Positions 63,550-64,000 of a stretch of DNA of 64,000 bases are shown piece after piece. The DNA is from an uncultured Thalassospiraceae bacterium. GTDB lineage: Bacteria > Pseudomonadota > Alphaproteobacteria > Rhodospirillales > JAPHRK01. Within the stretch, counting starts at the first letter, position 1. The number at the start of each line of letters is the position of its first letter. A model generated the notes under the pieces. It worked only from the letters and a program-made list of their open reading frames with translations. It did no database searches and had not been told where the DNA came from. A program made the position numbers and the translations under genes. The stretch lies in contig CBDULT010000003.1 in assembly GCA_965368165.1 (NCBI GenBank), positions 133,474-197,473 on the forward strand. Direction: 5' to 3'.

Positions 63550-63864
63550 TTATTCTGAGCCTCTTTTTCCTCGCGCATAGTCGAGGGCCTCACGGATGAA
63601 ATTTTCATAGTCATCTTGAAATTCCAGCGGAATAAGCACCCATTCTTTGAAACGTTTTTTGGTGAAGTTGAATTCATTCCCGCCGCCATTTTCGATGAGT
63701 TCGTTGACGCGCTCAGGGCTGACTTTAATAATTAAGGCGTCTGCTTTATCAAACATCATGGCGATAAAGTCGCCTTTGTACCTAAGGCAGGGGGATTTCA
63801 TCATCGTGGAGTGTTCGACTCCTGGTTCTTGGGCAATTTTGTTGACAGCATCTTCATAGCTCAT
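63550..63864 (-). CDS. Hypothetical protein, TfoX/Sxy N-terminal-domain-like
   Basis: MMKSPCLRYKGDFIAMMFDKADALIIKVSPE resembles the TfoX_N pattern; from memory. Confidence 0.45.
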   Translation of the reverse strand: MSYEDAVNKIAQEPGVEHSTMMKSPCLRYKGDFIAMMFDKADALIIKVSPERVNELIENGGGNEFNFTKKRFKEWVLIPLEFQDDYENFIREALDYARGKRGSE

Positions 63865-64000
63865 GACAAAACCCCTTGTATATATTCAAGCAATGCCGGG
63901 TTGTTTTCCAATTTCCGTGGACCCATCAGCATGCCCGTCAAGCCATTGGCTTTAAGATGGGTATAGCCAAGTAAGCTGTCAGATGTAAGCTCCAAGGTTT
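63861..64000 (-). CDS. 3' end of an unidentified CDS running off the window
   Basis: The open frame reads ...GYTHLKANGLTGMLMGPRKLENNPALLEYIQGVLS*. Its TGA overlaps the downstream ATG (ATGA). Confidence 0.3.
   Translation of the reverse strand, partial: TLELTSDSLLGYTHLKANGLTGMLMGPRKLENNPALLEYIQGVLS

Noticed and set aside
1-64000. A search by eye for tRNA/rRNA genes, CRISPR arrays, integrases/transposases and phage-defence gene sets.
   Set aside because: None were recognised: no T-loop GGTTCGAATCC-type motifs, no spaced direct-repeat arrays, and no recombinase-like ORFs. Absence is based on visual inspection only.

Overview
This is a 64-kb chromosomal segment. Its gene content (ArgJ, stand-alone PAS protein, DUF2336-like protein, CtaA, nirECF-DLGH-J-N order) reads like an alphaproteobacterium; that taxon call is inference only. 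I support about 72 protein-coding genes, all from reading the translated ORFs by eye with no searches run. I saw no rRNA, tRNA, CRISPR array, transposase or integrase. Nt 1-41,700 is a mixed housekeeping and accessory stretch. It carries argJ, an orphan MotA/MotB stator pair, peptide-ABC parts, two hybrid PAS histidine kinases, an OmpR/HK pair with His/Met-rich periplasmic proteins, pyrE, hspQ, an RND efflux pair, gabD, dCMP deaminase, FetAB-like exporter, a DEAD-box helicase with a long low-complexity tail, phnA, CbiX and two decayed gene remnants. Nt 41,800-63,540 is a compact anaerobic-respiration island: ctaA, two tiny membrane ORFs, a CuA-type subunit II and a heme-copper oxidase subunit I. 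Next come SCO1, a cytochrome b + 2x[4Fe-4S] + MvhD-like fusion protein with a small membrane partner, and two tandem Dnr/NnrR-type regulators. The island ends with a cupredoxin, an 892-aa NirT fused to two tandem heme-c/beta-sandwich modules, nirS, and the divergent heme-d1 operon nirE-C-F-D-L-G-H-J-N. Four things are most worth a second look. (1) The HCO subunit I has Gln where the cross-linked Tyr should be, making it a candidate eNOR-like NO reductase, and no norCB is in view. (2) The single-chain cytochrome b/Fe-S/MvhD protein has no role in textbook denitrification. (3) The NirT-(NirB-like)x2 fusion shows a clear purifying-selection signature across its internal duplication. (4) FNR/Dnr-type boxes precede most transcription units of the island. 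Smaller oddities are a 112-bp MITE-like palindromic element between nirF and nirD, and a CbiX whose conserved N-terminus has no start codon and lies in frame behind the upstream gene's TAA. There are also remnants of an alpha/beta hydrolase and of an RHH antitoxin.
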